Part shown: positions 10,401-19,291 of the stretch, one piece after another
How positions within the stretch are numbered: the stretch's first letter is position 1
Layout of the letters: each line of letters begins with the position of its first letter
Origin: a virus
Reading direction: 5' to 3' (one strand)
DNA: 39,585 nt
Virus record (IMG/VR): IMGVR_UViG_3300008255_000055
Location: 1-39,585 of that record
Made by a program: the position numbers and the translations under genes
The notes under the pieces: generated by a model
What the model saw: the letters and a program-made list of their open reading frames with translations, nothing else
What the model was told of the DNA's origin: nothing
The model's database searches: none

Positions 10401-10711
10401 ATTCAACAAAATATGCTAATGCATACATAGAAACTATGATGCTAACTTCTCTAAAAAAAAGAAATAATGAAAGTATCGTGGAAAGAATTTCTGCTGATTA
10501 TATATCTTTACCAACAGATACAAGTATCACAATCGGAACTAAAACTAAATATGATACAAATTATGTACCACAAACAGTTATAACTGATCCTGTAAAAATG
10601 ACAGTTCAAACAAAATCAAGTACTCCTAAAATCGTAAATTTACAAATTAAATTTGGTTTAGTTTCAGATGGTAATAACTCACCTGAAATTGAAAATCTAG
10701 GAATTGTATGA
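7496..10711 (+). CDS. large tail (nozzle / tail tubular B-like) protein with about 7 beta-propeller-like repeats
   Basis: 1071 aa. Residues about 157-486 contain about 48-aa repeats (D-A-T-H..L.Y...G.IK.F.IDGSYNITQ). The ATGA overlap couples it to the next gene. Confidence 0.5.
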   Translation: MNTPLFPAGITGLSDTKWSGSQGNAHKLVGVDFRSTPGIIKAHQALKKISSTFAGEVETNIVDELCKVSIDLSDGTKLWFSSESGKIWQQTGDTFALVHTIDPTVDYNEPNSLVNGVVNDDDIDYAATLSIAENSAVYGTSELLSTNVLDASNGTENSLIDMGNYNVIAYSGVDQDGFIKTTTYSSTGSMTVEHTLEHDVSNGRYNSACKIDDTHFILAYQGGGSLTGFIKTFSVSAFYQSTQVASLEHDAASAQPTYNSLIKIDATHYALAYSGGASGHGYIKIFTIDGSYNITQTSTLTHDSSGATYGHKLVLVDATHLILSYANSSAAQIIKTFAIDGSWNVTQIDSETHVTAGGVYSSLIQLDATHYVWSGKDSTRGYMKVFALDGSYNITQVTSKDLFTTNEYASLLKNDENHIILASGTSTTGYMKVYSINSSYEIKELSTIDFNSLASKDTSILKDGRYITLVYSDSNNKNYSARLTISETYSNGIILNPAGDNKIQLIASSVISQTSMISQYLEDEIDIPENYSNLEVVVITAKGASSIPPVGATFAGVAMTEISNKQSALGFDAQLAFYGYKNPATGKSTIKVDFSQKTTYVSMIVLVFANVDQTTPVETTNDYGWKDYLTLPGDTDGQLRLGAFLTKVNSHSQGGFQDELASDNIAESSDRYTISVASRFFNIGTAKILSAAEFSYTQQEELATDTTQYKPRINFKKIYYANEYVLFAVPVDKISDWANNIETVGVFYNGDDTYHPMVKQNLELFIGDKIVIAKVDTSGNFIQETSFNVAEPERIQVLSTFDTDILIGTKDVNKARVLRWDTFSDSWLADDEVFENGINAFIKDDNFTYVSAGDYGRLYFYNGEKLNIQKRIPGIWDSTHKAIINENATGFYMGNPVFGLSNVTGNPTEQGIYGYGNYDTKYIKALSLDYPLPTDELSGVSIGSILVNGIDMYVSYKTATDVGVAKIDHSTKYANAYIETMMLTSLKKRNNESIVERISADYISLPTDTSITIGTKTKYDTNYVPQTVITDPVKMTVQTKSSTPKIVNLQIKFGLVSDGNNSPEIENLGIV

Positions 10712-11340
10712 TCATAGAAACTACAGAAAAAGATAATAACTTAGAACATAGAAGAAGGGGTGGAGCTTTTGATAGCTTGGCCAGGATTCTTCGTAGTATC
10801 AACAAAGCAGTTTTTGGTACAGGTACTGTGATTGAAGATCGCCCTGGAGTATTAAGTCCTAGTCAAGTTTCTGATCCAGCTACTTTTGTTAAATCAAAAA
10901 GTGTCTTTGAAATATATCAACAGAAAGAATCACAAAAGGATGAATATAACCTTATTTATATAGGCAGAAAAGGAACTGGTCAAAAAAGAAATACAAATTA
11001 TATTGAACTTGCTGCTAATTCAAAGTCAGATGAAACTAGTATTGGTAATGGATATGTTGGATTGACACTTGCAAGAGATGGAGAATCTTATAAAAAAGCT
11101 AAAATAGCTATGTATGAAGCTGGAAATTACCCAGATGAATTAAGTGGCAATGGTGCAAGAGCTGAAATAACAGGTGAAGGTGCAGGTGGTGGAGTACAAC
11201 TTACATATTTTAATGATGATGGTACATTTCTTGCTTTAGTTTTAGATGTAGATGGAGTACAAATTTATGGTTTACCAACATCTAATCCAGGTGGATCAAA
11301 TAAACTGTGGAATAGTGCTGGAACACTAAAAATTACGTAG
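10708..11340 (+). CDS. virion / tail-associated protein
   Basis: 210 aa. The C-terminal LPTSNPGGSNKLWNSAGTLKI motif is, from memory, common at the ends of phage tail or structural proteins. Confidence 0.4.
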   Translation: MIIETTEKDNNLEHRRRGGAFDSLARILRSINKAVFGTGTVIEDRPGVLSPSQVSDPATFVKSKSVFEIYQQKESQKDEYNLIYIGRKGTGQKRNTNYIELAANSKSDETSIGNGYVGLTLARDGESYKKAKIAMYEAGNYPDELSGNGARAEITGEGAGGGVQLTYFNDDGTFLALVLDVDGVQIYGLPTSNPGGSNKLWNSAGTLKIT

Positions 11341-11360
11341 TAAATTATTAATAAATATTG

Positions 11361-11366
11361 TATAAT
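11361..11366 (+). promoter_or_regulatory. -10-like TATAAT box 7 nt upstream of the ATG at 11374 (leaderless-type arrangement)
   Basis: tgTATAATtatatatATGG closely resembles the boxes at 39350 and 21909. Confidence 0.35.
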
Positions 11367-11373
11367 TATATAT

Positions 11374-12852
11374 ATGGCTATCTATAACAAAAACACAACA
11401 ACAGCAGAATATGGTAACAACAATTCAGCAGTTGGAGAATTACAAACTTATCTAAACTCTAAGGGTGCAAATTTAGCAGTTGATAATAAATATGGGCCTT
11501 TAACTCAAGCAGCAGTTGCAAAATATGGAACAAATTCTAATATTCCAAATCCTTCTCCTATAACATCTCCAGTAAAAGCAACTGATGTAAAACCTGCACC
11601 AAGTATAAATCTTCCTGAACCACAAGCTGGTAATATATATGATACATATACAACATCACTTGCTGGAAATGTTGATAATATAAGAACTAATCTTGAATCA
11701 ACATATAAAACACAATTAGCAGATGTTCAAGCAAAGAAAGATGCATTACAGAAGAAACAAGATGAAATGTTGAAAAATATTAATCCTGAAAATAGAGCAA
11801 CTTACGATCAAGAACAAAAAATAATGGTGAATGAATTAAATGCTGCAGAAGCTGCAAGTGGTACTATCGCTAGTGATTTTGCAAAACGTAGAGCTTTAAC
11901 TTCTGAATTAGATAATCTTTTGAATCAAGGAACTAATCTTATCAAACAGCAAAAAGGAATGGCAGTTGGCCAAGGAGTTATAAACAAAAGAGTGGCAAAC
12001 ACAATGACAGATATATCTGCTCGTACTGGAGTTATTGAAGCAGTATTTTCTGCATTAGATGGAAACATTTCACAAGCATATAATATAATTGGAAAAGCAA
12101 AAGAAACTGTTTCAGCTCAATGGAAAGATAATTTAGATTATTATGGTACTCTTTTGGATTTGAATAATAATAAGATTTTAAATCTAAATAAAGATGAAAA
12201 AGAAATTGCTGAAAAACAAGTTGCTTTGATTGAAGGTGATATGAAGAAGATAGATGCTACTGAAGAATATCTAAAGAAGATAATGATAGATCCTGAATCG
12301 GCCCAATTCGTTGCAGATGCTGGTATTAAACTTACTGATAGTGTAGAAGAAATAAATACAAAACTTGCTACTCAATCTAAAGTTGAAGAAATAAAAGATG
12401 CTAAGAATAAAATGGCCGAAGATGGTTATATATATGTACCATTTCCTGGTAAAAACACAGCAGGATTAGTGGCTATGTCAGCAGGTGATCAGACACTTTA
12501 TTTCAAAGAACCATTATCTAAGACTAAAACAACTGCATCTAAAACAGTAACAGCAACTCAAACTAAAAATATATTTGCAGACTTCTTGAAAACAGGTATA
12601 GCTCCAAGTGGAGAATCATTTGGTAATCCAATGGGAGCTGATGGATATGTAGATCCAGGAGTTTATATTGCTGCATTTACTGAATGGCCAGGAACAACAA
12701 AAGACTTTCTATTACAATTTCCAATTAAACAATACGTAAACCCAGAATCATATTCTAAACTTCCTGCTGCATTACAAGAAACTCTAAAATCTAAATCAGA
12801 TTCAGCTTCAGGTATGTCGGATGAAGCATTTTTAGAATTGTTAAATAAATAA
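11374..12852 (+). CDS. internal/ejected virion protein with an N-terminal peptidoglycan-binding (PG_binding_1-like) domain and a long coiled coil
   Basis: AVGELQTYLNSKGANLAVDNKYGPLTQAAVAKYG matches the PG_binding_1 pattern. The rest is helical, with no visible catalytic motif. Confidence 0.55.
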   Translation: MAIYNKNTTTAEYGNNNSAVGELQTYLNSKGANLAVDNKYGPLTQAAVAKYGTNSNIPNPSPITSPVKATDVKPAPSINLPEPQAGNIYDTYTTSLAGNVDNIRTNLESTYKTQLADVQAKKDALQKKQDEMLKNINPENRATYDQEQKIMVNELNAAEAASGTIASDFAKRRALTSELDNLLNQGTNLIKQQKGMAVGQGVINKRVANTMTDISARTGVIEAVFSALDGNISQAYNIIGKAKETVSAQWKDNLDYYGTLLDLNNNKILNLNKDEKEIAEKQVALIEGDMKKIDATEEYLKKIMIDPESAQFVADAGIKLTDSVEEINTKLATQSKVEEIKDAKNKMAEDGYIYVPFPGKNTAGLVAMSAGDQTLYFKEPLSKTKTTASKTVTATQTKNIFADFLKTGIAPSGESFGNPMGADGYVDPGVYIAAFTEWPGTTKDFLLQFPIKQYVNPESYSKLPAALQETLKSKSDSASGMSDEAFLELLNK

Positions 12853-12861
12853 TAAAATATT

Positions 12862-15621
12862 ATGGCTAATTTTTGGGGTAAATTATTTGGAAAAAAAGAA
12901 TCTCCAGTATTTAAAGTTAGAGTTGGAGAAGGAATGACTGATGAGCAAACTAAAAAGGCTTATGAAGTTATTGCAACACCTGATACAGCTATGCAAGAAG
13001 CGAAGGCTAAAAGTTTCTGGGGTAAAACAAAAGCATTATATACACCTGTAGAAACAGATGTACGTTTTCCATTTCAAGTAGAACCAACTAGAGTAGAAGC
13101 AGCACCGATAACTAAGGCTGCAGCTAGAATGACTTATGATCTTATTGAAGCTATTCCACGTTTTGTGGCCACAGTAGGTGGAGAAATTAAAGCAGGATTT
13201 CAGCCAACAGAAGTAAAAGCAAATATAGATCTAAGACGTTTTGGTTTTGATAAACCTGAATATGTAACTGCATCTAAAGAATTTACTGATGCTATAAATA
13301 ATGGAGAAAATCCATGGGTAGCTGGATTAAGAACTGTATCTAATAAAACGTTAGATGTAGCTTTTGGTGCATCTATGCTAACTGATCTAGCTAAAATGAG
13401 TACTGCTGTATTATTACGTGGTGGTGCTGAAGCTAGAGTTGAAGCACAAAGCGTAGTTGATGCTATGAAGGCAAATCAAAAAGCTACATTTGAAAGATTA
13501 AAAAATGCTCCATTAGAACAACGTGAAAAAGCTTTAGCTGAAATATCAAACGCTAAAAGTAAAGCTGAAAAAGTTTTAAATGAATTAGGTAAACCAACTG
13601 CTGCTGATAGATTAAAAATAAAAGCATCTCGTTATACAGAAGTATTAGGTAGAGAAACAGCAATCAAAAAAGGGTTCTGGGGTGATTTTGCTAAACCTGA
13701 TTTTAGTTTAAAAACTCCAGGTACTACAAAAGCTCCTATTCTTGAAGTTAAACAACTTCCTGGTACACGTGAAACACCAGGCCAAGCTCCAGCTATGGGC
13801 CTATCAATGAAGAAAGTAGAACAAGTTGGTAAAGAAGAAGCTAGACTAGCAGTTTCAAAAGAACTTGCTGCATATAAAGATACTCCACTTACTGTAAATG
13901 GTAAGCCTTACATAATTGATACTGATAGTGAATTTAGATTAATGCAGTTGAAAGACAAAGATGCAAGTGGAAAAACATTAACTGATAAAGAAGTTAAAGA
14001 AGCAGTTGAAGCTTTTACAAAACTCGGTATTGATCCATTCAAAGTATATCCAACAGAACTTCCTAAACCTGAAATACCCAAATATGAATCGTTAGATGAT
14101 TTTATAAATGAGAAACCTACTAAGCCTAAAAAAGTAACTGAAGAAGAAAAAAGCCTAATAACAATACATAATTTAAGCGAACAAAAATTAATGTTTGCTA
14201 ATAAGATTGGTGGTGGATTAGCTAATCCATCAATGGCAGTTATAGATCCACGTAAAACACAATTTGATAATTATGGAGATATTACATTAGTTTCTAAACC
14301 TAGTCTTATACAAGGAGAAAAAACGCATCTAGCAGATGCATATTCTCCACGCTTTCCATCAGTACATACCACAATGAAATGGGATGATTATTACAAATTA
14401 GAAAAAGATTTTAAACCCTGGATGGAAAAAGTGCAGAAATCAGGAGCTAGTGAATATAGATCTGCTATATCACATGATGATACTGAAATGGTTAGAAATA
14501 TTGAAAACTCTCCAGCAGTTGCCCTTAAATTCCTAGAAGAAAAAGGTATAGCACCTTCACCTGAAGGTTATTCTTATTACCATTCACAAATCCAGGAGAA
14601 TGGATTAAATGGTGAGTTCCAAAAGTATTTAGATAATATATATGAAAAATATAACTTACAAGAAAAAATGTTTGCTGGATATACCAATAGTGGCCAACGA
14701 AGATACAAGCCAGTAAACTTACAAGAAGCAAGTAAAATAATGGGCAAACAAAAAGAAGAAGGAATGAATTACGGTCTTGGTTCTTATCGTTCAAAAATTG
14801 CTCCAGTTAAAAGAACACTATCTGAAATAAAGAAAGAAGCAAAGAGACTTGTATCTAAAGAAGATTTTGAAATAGTTAAAGATAAATACTGGAAAGAGTT
14901 AGGAGATCTCCAGGATAAATTACAACCATACGCAAAGGTATATGATAGTAATTCATTTATAGAAAATGATAACCAAATGAATACTATTGGTGCTGTTCTT
15001 AGTGGTGAGAAAGATGCTATGAGATATTTCAATTCTAAATTCCCTGATGCTCCACAAGAAATAATTAATGAAGTTATAGCATTTAGAAATAAATTGAGAA
15101 CAATGCCAACTGAATATTTTGAAACTAAATTTAAAAGGCCAGTTTATCTTAATGAATTTAGTAAGGCTATTGTTCCTGAAGATATTTCAAAAGAAGCAAA
15201 AGATATGCTTGAATCTTATGGGCTTGAAGTACAAACATATAAGAAGGGTGAAAGGGGTAAATTAATGGTGGATTTATTACAGACTGATACAGCATTTAGA
15301 AAAACACCTATCTTTAACAAAGATGTAAAAATGAGTTCTAAAGAAGTTTATGATGCTATATTTAAAGATATAGAAAAAGCTGGTTTTACTGAAAAAGATT
15401 TGAAGGTCTTATTTACTGATGAAGTAATTAATGGTAATTCATTAGGAGCTTTTGAAAAAGAAAATAGATGGTTAGGAGATATTGTAAGACTATATGAAAA
15501 AGAAGGAAAAGTAGGAATAGTAACAGCATTACATGAATCAAAACATTTCTTATTTTCAAAACTATCACCACAACTCCAGGCTGAAGCTAGAGCATTGGCC
15601 AAAGAAAGAATGGGTGTATAG
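12862..15621 (+). CDS. N-terminal portion of a giant polyvalent-type internal virion protein; carries an HExxH zincin motif near its end; terminates at an in-frame TAG
   Basis: 919 aa. HESKH lies at nt 15532-15546, 24 codons before the TAG. Same frame as 15970..19269. Confidence 0.7.
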   Translation: MANFWGKLFGKKESPVFKVRVGEGMTDEQTKKAYEVIATPDTAMQEAKAKSFWGKTKALYTPVETDVRFPFQVEPTRVEAAPITKAAARMTYDLIEAIPRFVATVGGEIKAGFQPTEVKANIDLRRFGFDKPEYVTASKEFTDAINNGENPWVAGLRTVSNKTLDVAFGASMLTDLAKMSTAVLLRGGAEARVEAQSVVDAMKANQKATFERLKNAPLEQREKALAEISNAKSKAEKVLNELGKPTAADRLKIKASRYTEVLGRETAIKKGFWGDFAKPDFSLKTPGTTKAPILEVKQLPGTRETPGQAPAMGLSMKKVEQVGKEEARLAVSKELAAYKDTPLTVNGKPYIIDTDSEFRLMQLKDKDASGKTLTDKEVKEAVEAFTKLGIDPFKVYPTELPKPEIPKYESLDDFINEKPTKPKKVTEEEKSLITIHNLSEQKLMFANKIGGGLANPSMAVIDPRKTQFDNYGDITLVSKPSLIQGEKTHLADAYSPRFPSVHTTMKWDDYYKLEKDFKPWMEKVQKSGASEYRSAISHDDTEMVRNIENSPAVALKFLEEKGIAPSPEGYSYYHSQIQENGLNGEFQKYLDNIYEKYNLQEKMFAGYTNSGQRRYKPVNLQEASKIMGKQKEEGMNYGLGSYRSKIAPVKRTLSEIKKEAKRLVSKEDFEIVKDKYWKELGDLQDKLQPYAKVYDSNSFIENDNQMNTIGAVLSGEKDAMRYFNSKFPDAPQEIINEVIAFRNKLRTMPTEYFETKFKRPVYLNEFSKAIVPEDISKEAKDMLESYGLEVQTYKKGERGKLMVDLLQTDTAFRKTPIFNKDVKMSSKEVYDAIFKDIEKAGFTEKDLKVLFTDEVINGNSLGAFEKENRWLGDIVRLYEKEGKVGIVTALHESKHFLFSKLSPQLQAEARALAKERMGV
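15619..15621 (+). other. single in-frame TAG interrupting a 2,135-codon reading frame (12862..19269)
   Basis: Hand translation of 15622-15969 gives 116 sense codons with no stop and no ATG, GTG or TTG. Confidence 0.9.
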
Positions 15622-15969
15622 TATCGTGGAGTACTAGAGAAAGCATATAAAGAAGAAGGCTTATATCAAGGAGCTGGTAGAGAAGATGCTTTATTAGAAG
15701 AATATATAGTAGATAAATGGTCTAAGGCCCAAGCTAGTGCAGAATATGGATATAATAGATCTATTTATTCACGTATATTTGAAGCATTAGATAAGATAGT
15801 TACAAAAATAGTAAAGACGTATAATAAAATAAAAGATTATATAAAATCTATCCCAAATAAACAGGGTGGGTTTGTTCGCATAATACCTGAAACATCAAAG
15901 AATTTAGAAGGCATTAAAGATCAAATTACTTTCTTAGAACAAAGTCTATCAGAACATCCAGGAAAAATA
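15622..15969 (+). other. start-less open frame linking the two giant ORFs (YRGVLEKAYKEEGLYQGAGREDALLEEYIVDKW...)
   Basis: Composition is coding-like and matches its neighbours. It has no canonical initiation codon, which implies readthrough, bypass, a nonsense mutation or a sequencing error. Confidence 0.7.
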
Positions 15970-18900
15970 TTGATGAAGTATGTATCTAAAACCACAGGAT
16001 TACTACCAGAAATTACAGGTAAAAAAACAATGATGTCTTTAACTGGTTCAGGTAAAGAAGTTAAGACAAGTAAGTTTGGAATTGAAGGTGATCAGATTCT
16101 CCAGGAGATTGCAGGTTATGGGAAAGATCCAAATGAAATTTTAGAACAATATAAATCTATAAAAGAAAATGTTGAATCTCTTAAACAACAAGTAAGAGAA
16201 GCAAAAAGTGCAGAGACATTGCAGAAAATAAGCGAAAAACTAGCAAAACATCAAGAAAAGATGATACAATTTGCAGAAAAATATCCTAAATTAGCTACTT
16301 TAACTACAAAACTATCAGAAGAAGCTACAAAAGGAGCAATAAAAGGATATAAACTAGGTACAGAAGTTGCTTCTAGGGAGATTAAAAGGGAAGTAATGAC
16401 TAAAATTAAAGCTGCATACGATAAAAAGATTGAAGGAATTAAGGATGCTAAAGATATTTTAGCTAATCGTAGAAGTCTCATAAAGGCTGTTACAAAACAA
16501 TTTGGATTATCTGATGCCGATCTTAAAACAATTACACGTAGAGATATACGTTTAATGTCTAATTTTGAGTTTAAACAATTTCTTGATGATATTCGTGCTA
16601 AATCTGAAGAATTTATGGTACGCAGACAGGCCCAGAATGAGCTTATAGGTCAAATAAATGAGAAGGAATTAAACGTAGAACCATTACGAGAAGCTATGAA
16701 GTTGCCACCTATATCTCAAATGAGTACAGAGCAATTACGTACATTAGATGCTACTCTTGAACCATACCAAAAGGGTGATAGATTTTTATCTAAACGTAAA
16801 TTAGAAACTATAGATCGTACTGATTTAAGTGGAATAAAAACATATCGTGAAGCACGTGAGATTCTAGCTAAAAAAATTGGAGTAAAAGAAGAAGATCTAA
16901 ACAAAATCAAAATCAATGAGTTTGATCGTTTTAAGAATTTCGCAGCATTGAATGAAAAAGATCCTTTCTTTAAAATGATAACTGAAGAAACAGCAAAATT
17001 AAAACTCCAGGCCGAAGCTGAATATCTTGAAATAGAATCAAAAGCAAATAAACTAGCAAAGAAAATAAAAACTTCTTTCATCCAAAAGCTTATACCACAG
17101 CAAAAAAATATCAGAGCTTGGTTTGAAGCCAAAGATAAAAATACAGTTAGATTAACAAAAGAAGAATCAGAGCTTGCTAATTTCATGGTTCAAGAATGGA
17201 GTAAAGCAAGAGAACAACTTGTATTAAACCAAGTAATTAAAAAAGGAATAAATAATGATAATTACTTTACGCATATTCGTAGGGGTGTTTTAGAAGCGAT
17301 AAAAGAAGATGGCTTGAAACAAGCATTTAAAGAAGTCTTTGATCAATACAGAATGGATGAAGCTAATTTTAATATAATGGATACTGAAACAGGAGAAGTA
17401 CTTGCTATGGATAAATTCTTTAGATTTGCGTTAAGACGTACAGGAGAATTAAAACCAACAGAAAATATATTAGGTGCTTTCTTAAACTATATGAAGATGT
17501 TTAAAAAGAAGCAGGCCCTAGATGAAATAGTACCTTTAATAGATACTTATGCACAGCTCCTTACACCACCTGGTACAACTGAAAAAGGGTTGCTTCTTCA
17601 TGGTGATATGATTCGCTTTATGAAAGAATGGTTAAATACTCAAAAAGGCAGACGTATAACACTTTTATCTAAACAAGGTGGAAAGATTGATTGGGCTTTA
17701 AAATCTACAAAGGCATTAACTACACTACTTGATATTGGGTTGAACCTTCCAGTATCTGTTGCTACTCAAATTGGAGAACAAGCAATACAATATCAATTAC
17801 TTGGAAAAAGTAAATTCTTGAAAGCAAAAGTTCGTGCATTAACAAAACGTGGCCGAAGAATAACTACTAAGTATAGAAACGTAGTTGGTAAAAATCCCTG
17901 GTCTCAATTAGTTGAACCAATGAGATCTATTGGTGATAGATTAAATGAAGGTGTCTTTGTCTTATTCCAGGATGCAAACGTCAGACGTAATCGTAATGCC
18001 CTTCTTGGTATGATGACTAAAGAAGAATGGAAAAATGAAACTCTATCTCCTGAAAGACTAGCTCAAATACAAATAGCTACAAGTAGATATGGAGTAGTTG
18101 AAGGATTGGGATCTATTATCGGTGCTACTCCTGAATCTAAAATTGCTACACAATACAAAACATGGGCAATTCCTATTATGCAATCACAGGTAAAAAATCT
18201 TACATACATGTTGAAGTATTTAAAATCACTTGGTAAGGCAAATAAAAAAGAAGCTGCTAGAGCATTACGTGAAACTTGGAGAATGTTAGAACTTGGAGCA
18301 TTTGTTGCTATTGTTGGATCTGCTTTTGTTGATAAAGATGATGATACAATGTTGGGTAAATTAAAACAAAGAGCTTATACAGAAGCTTTAACATTATTTG
18401 GTGCTGCACCAGTATTAGCTACAGTTCCTAGAATGATCTCATTTGTTACAGATCTAGCAAACAATACTATTTCATTATTAAAGATGGAAGAATATGAAGC
18501 ATCTAAATTTGGAGAGTATGAAGTTGGTGATCTAAAAGGAGCAAAAGCATTAAAGAAAATGGTAACTCCACGTGCTATAAAACAATTCCAAACTACACCA
18601 GTAAAAACAATAGAAGATGTAAAAGCAGAAATTAAAGCTGATATTGAATCAGGTACTTTATCTATATCTGCAGCTAAAGAAAAATATGTTAGTGAATTAC
18701 AAAAACTTGATGTTGCTGAAAAGAAAGCTAGGTTTAAATTGAAACCAGATGAATATAAAAAGGATCTATCAGAAAGAATAAAAAACAAAGAGATAACAAT
18801 ATCAGAAGCAAAAGAAGAATATATTGATTATACAGAAACTAATATTGATTCATTTAAAAGCCCAGACGAAGGATCATTTATAGATAAAGTTATCTTATAT

Positions 18901-19269
18901 GCAAAGGCAATAGGAACTGATCCAGTAACTGCTTCTATCTATCTATTCCAGGGAGAAAAAATACGTAGAATTGATAATGGTGCAATCATAGTAGAACGCT
19001 TACCATTAGTTGAATCAGCATTAATTAAGAAACAACAAGGAGCTACAAAAGATATGAATCTTGATCATACAATTCCATTACAATTAGGTGGTAGTAATGC
19101 TAAGTCTAACTTAAGATTAGTTGATACTGATGAATGGGCCAGCTATACACCAGTTGAAAACTATCTAGGTAATAAACTTAGAGCAGGATTAATTGACAAA
19201 AAAGAAGCACAAAGCTTGATTAAAGATTTTAAGGATGGTAAAATTACTAAAGAAGAAATAATGAAATAA
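15970..19269 (+). CDS. C-terminal portion of the giant internal virion protein: coiled coils, hydrophobic segments, C-terminal HNH-like (His-Me finger) motif
   Basis: 1099 aa from the TTG/ATG at 15970/15973. The motif LDHTIPLQLGGSNAKSNLRLV is encoded at about 19057-19125. Hydrophobic stretches include LELGAFVAIVGSAFV. Confidence 0.65.
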   Translation: MMKYVSKTTGLLPEITGKKTMMSLTGSGKEVKTSKFGIEGDQILQEIAGYGKDPNEILEQYKSIKENVESLKQQVREAKSAETLQKISEKLAKHQEKMIQFAEKYPKLATLTTKLSEEATKGAIKGYKLGTEVASREIKREVMTKIKAAYDKKIEGIKDAKDILANRRSLIKAVTKQFGLSDADLKTITRRDIRLMSNFEFKQFLDDIRAKSEEFMVRRQAQNELIGQINEKELNVEPLREAMKLPPISQMSTEQLRTLDATLEPYQKGDRFLSKRKLETIDRTDLSGIKTYREAREILAKKIGVKEEDLNKIKINEFDRFKNFAALNEKDPFFKMITEETAKLKLQAEAEYLEIESKANKLAKKIKTSFIQKLIPQQKNIRAWFEAKDKNTVRLTKEESELANFMVQEWSKAREQLVLNQVIKKGINNDNYFTHIRRGVLEAIKEDGLKQAFKEVFDQYRMDEANFNIMDTETGEVLAMDKFFRFALRRTGELKPTENILGAFLNYMKMFKKKQALDEIVPLIDTYAQLLTPPGTTEKGLLLHGDMIRFMKEWLNTQKGRRITLLSKQGGKIDWALKSTKALTTLLDIGLNLPVSVATQIGEQAIQYQLLGKSKFLKAKVRALTKRGRRITTKYRNVVGKNPWSQLVEPMRSIGDRLNEGVFVLFQDANVRRNRNALLGMMTKEEWKNETLSPERLAQIQIATSRYGVVEGLGSIIGATPESKIATQYKTWAIPIMQSQVKNLTYMLKYLKSLGKANKKEAARALRETWRMLELGAFVAIVGSAFVDKDDDTMLGKLKQRAYTEALTLFGAAPVLATVPRMISFVTDLANNTISLLKMEEYEASKFGEYEVGDLKGAKALKKMVTPRAIKQFQTTPVKTIEDVKAEIKADIESGTLSISAAKEKYVSELQKLDVAEKKARFKLKPDEYKKDLSERIKNKEITISEAKEEYIDYTETNIDSFKSPDEGSFIDKVILYAKAIGTDPVTASIYLFQGEKIRRIDNGAIIVERLPLVESALIKKQQGATKDMNLDHTIPLQLGGSNAKSNLRLVDTDEWASYTPVENYLGNKLRAGLIDKKEAQSLIKDFKDGKITKEEIMK

Positions 19270-19291
19270 TTATTAATTAACTATTAAAAAA

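Noticed and set aside
16716-17186. Minus-strand ORFs (for example 16716-17186, 18375-18788, 29038-29436, 33748-34086, 36857-37201, 37929-38300, 1854-2192)
   Set aside because: All lie antisense to well-supported + strand genes. Their products are low-complexity (Ser/Leu/Phe-rich mirror translations of Lys/Glu-rich genes), and they lack promoter or terminator context.
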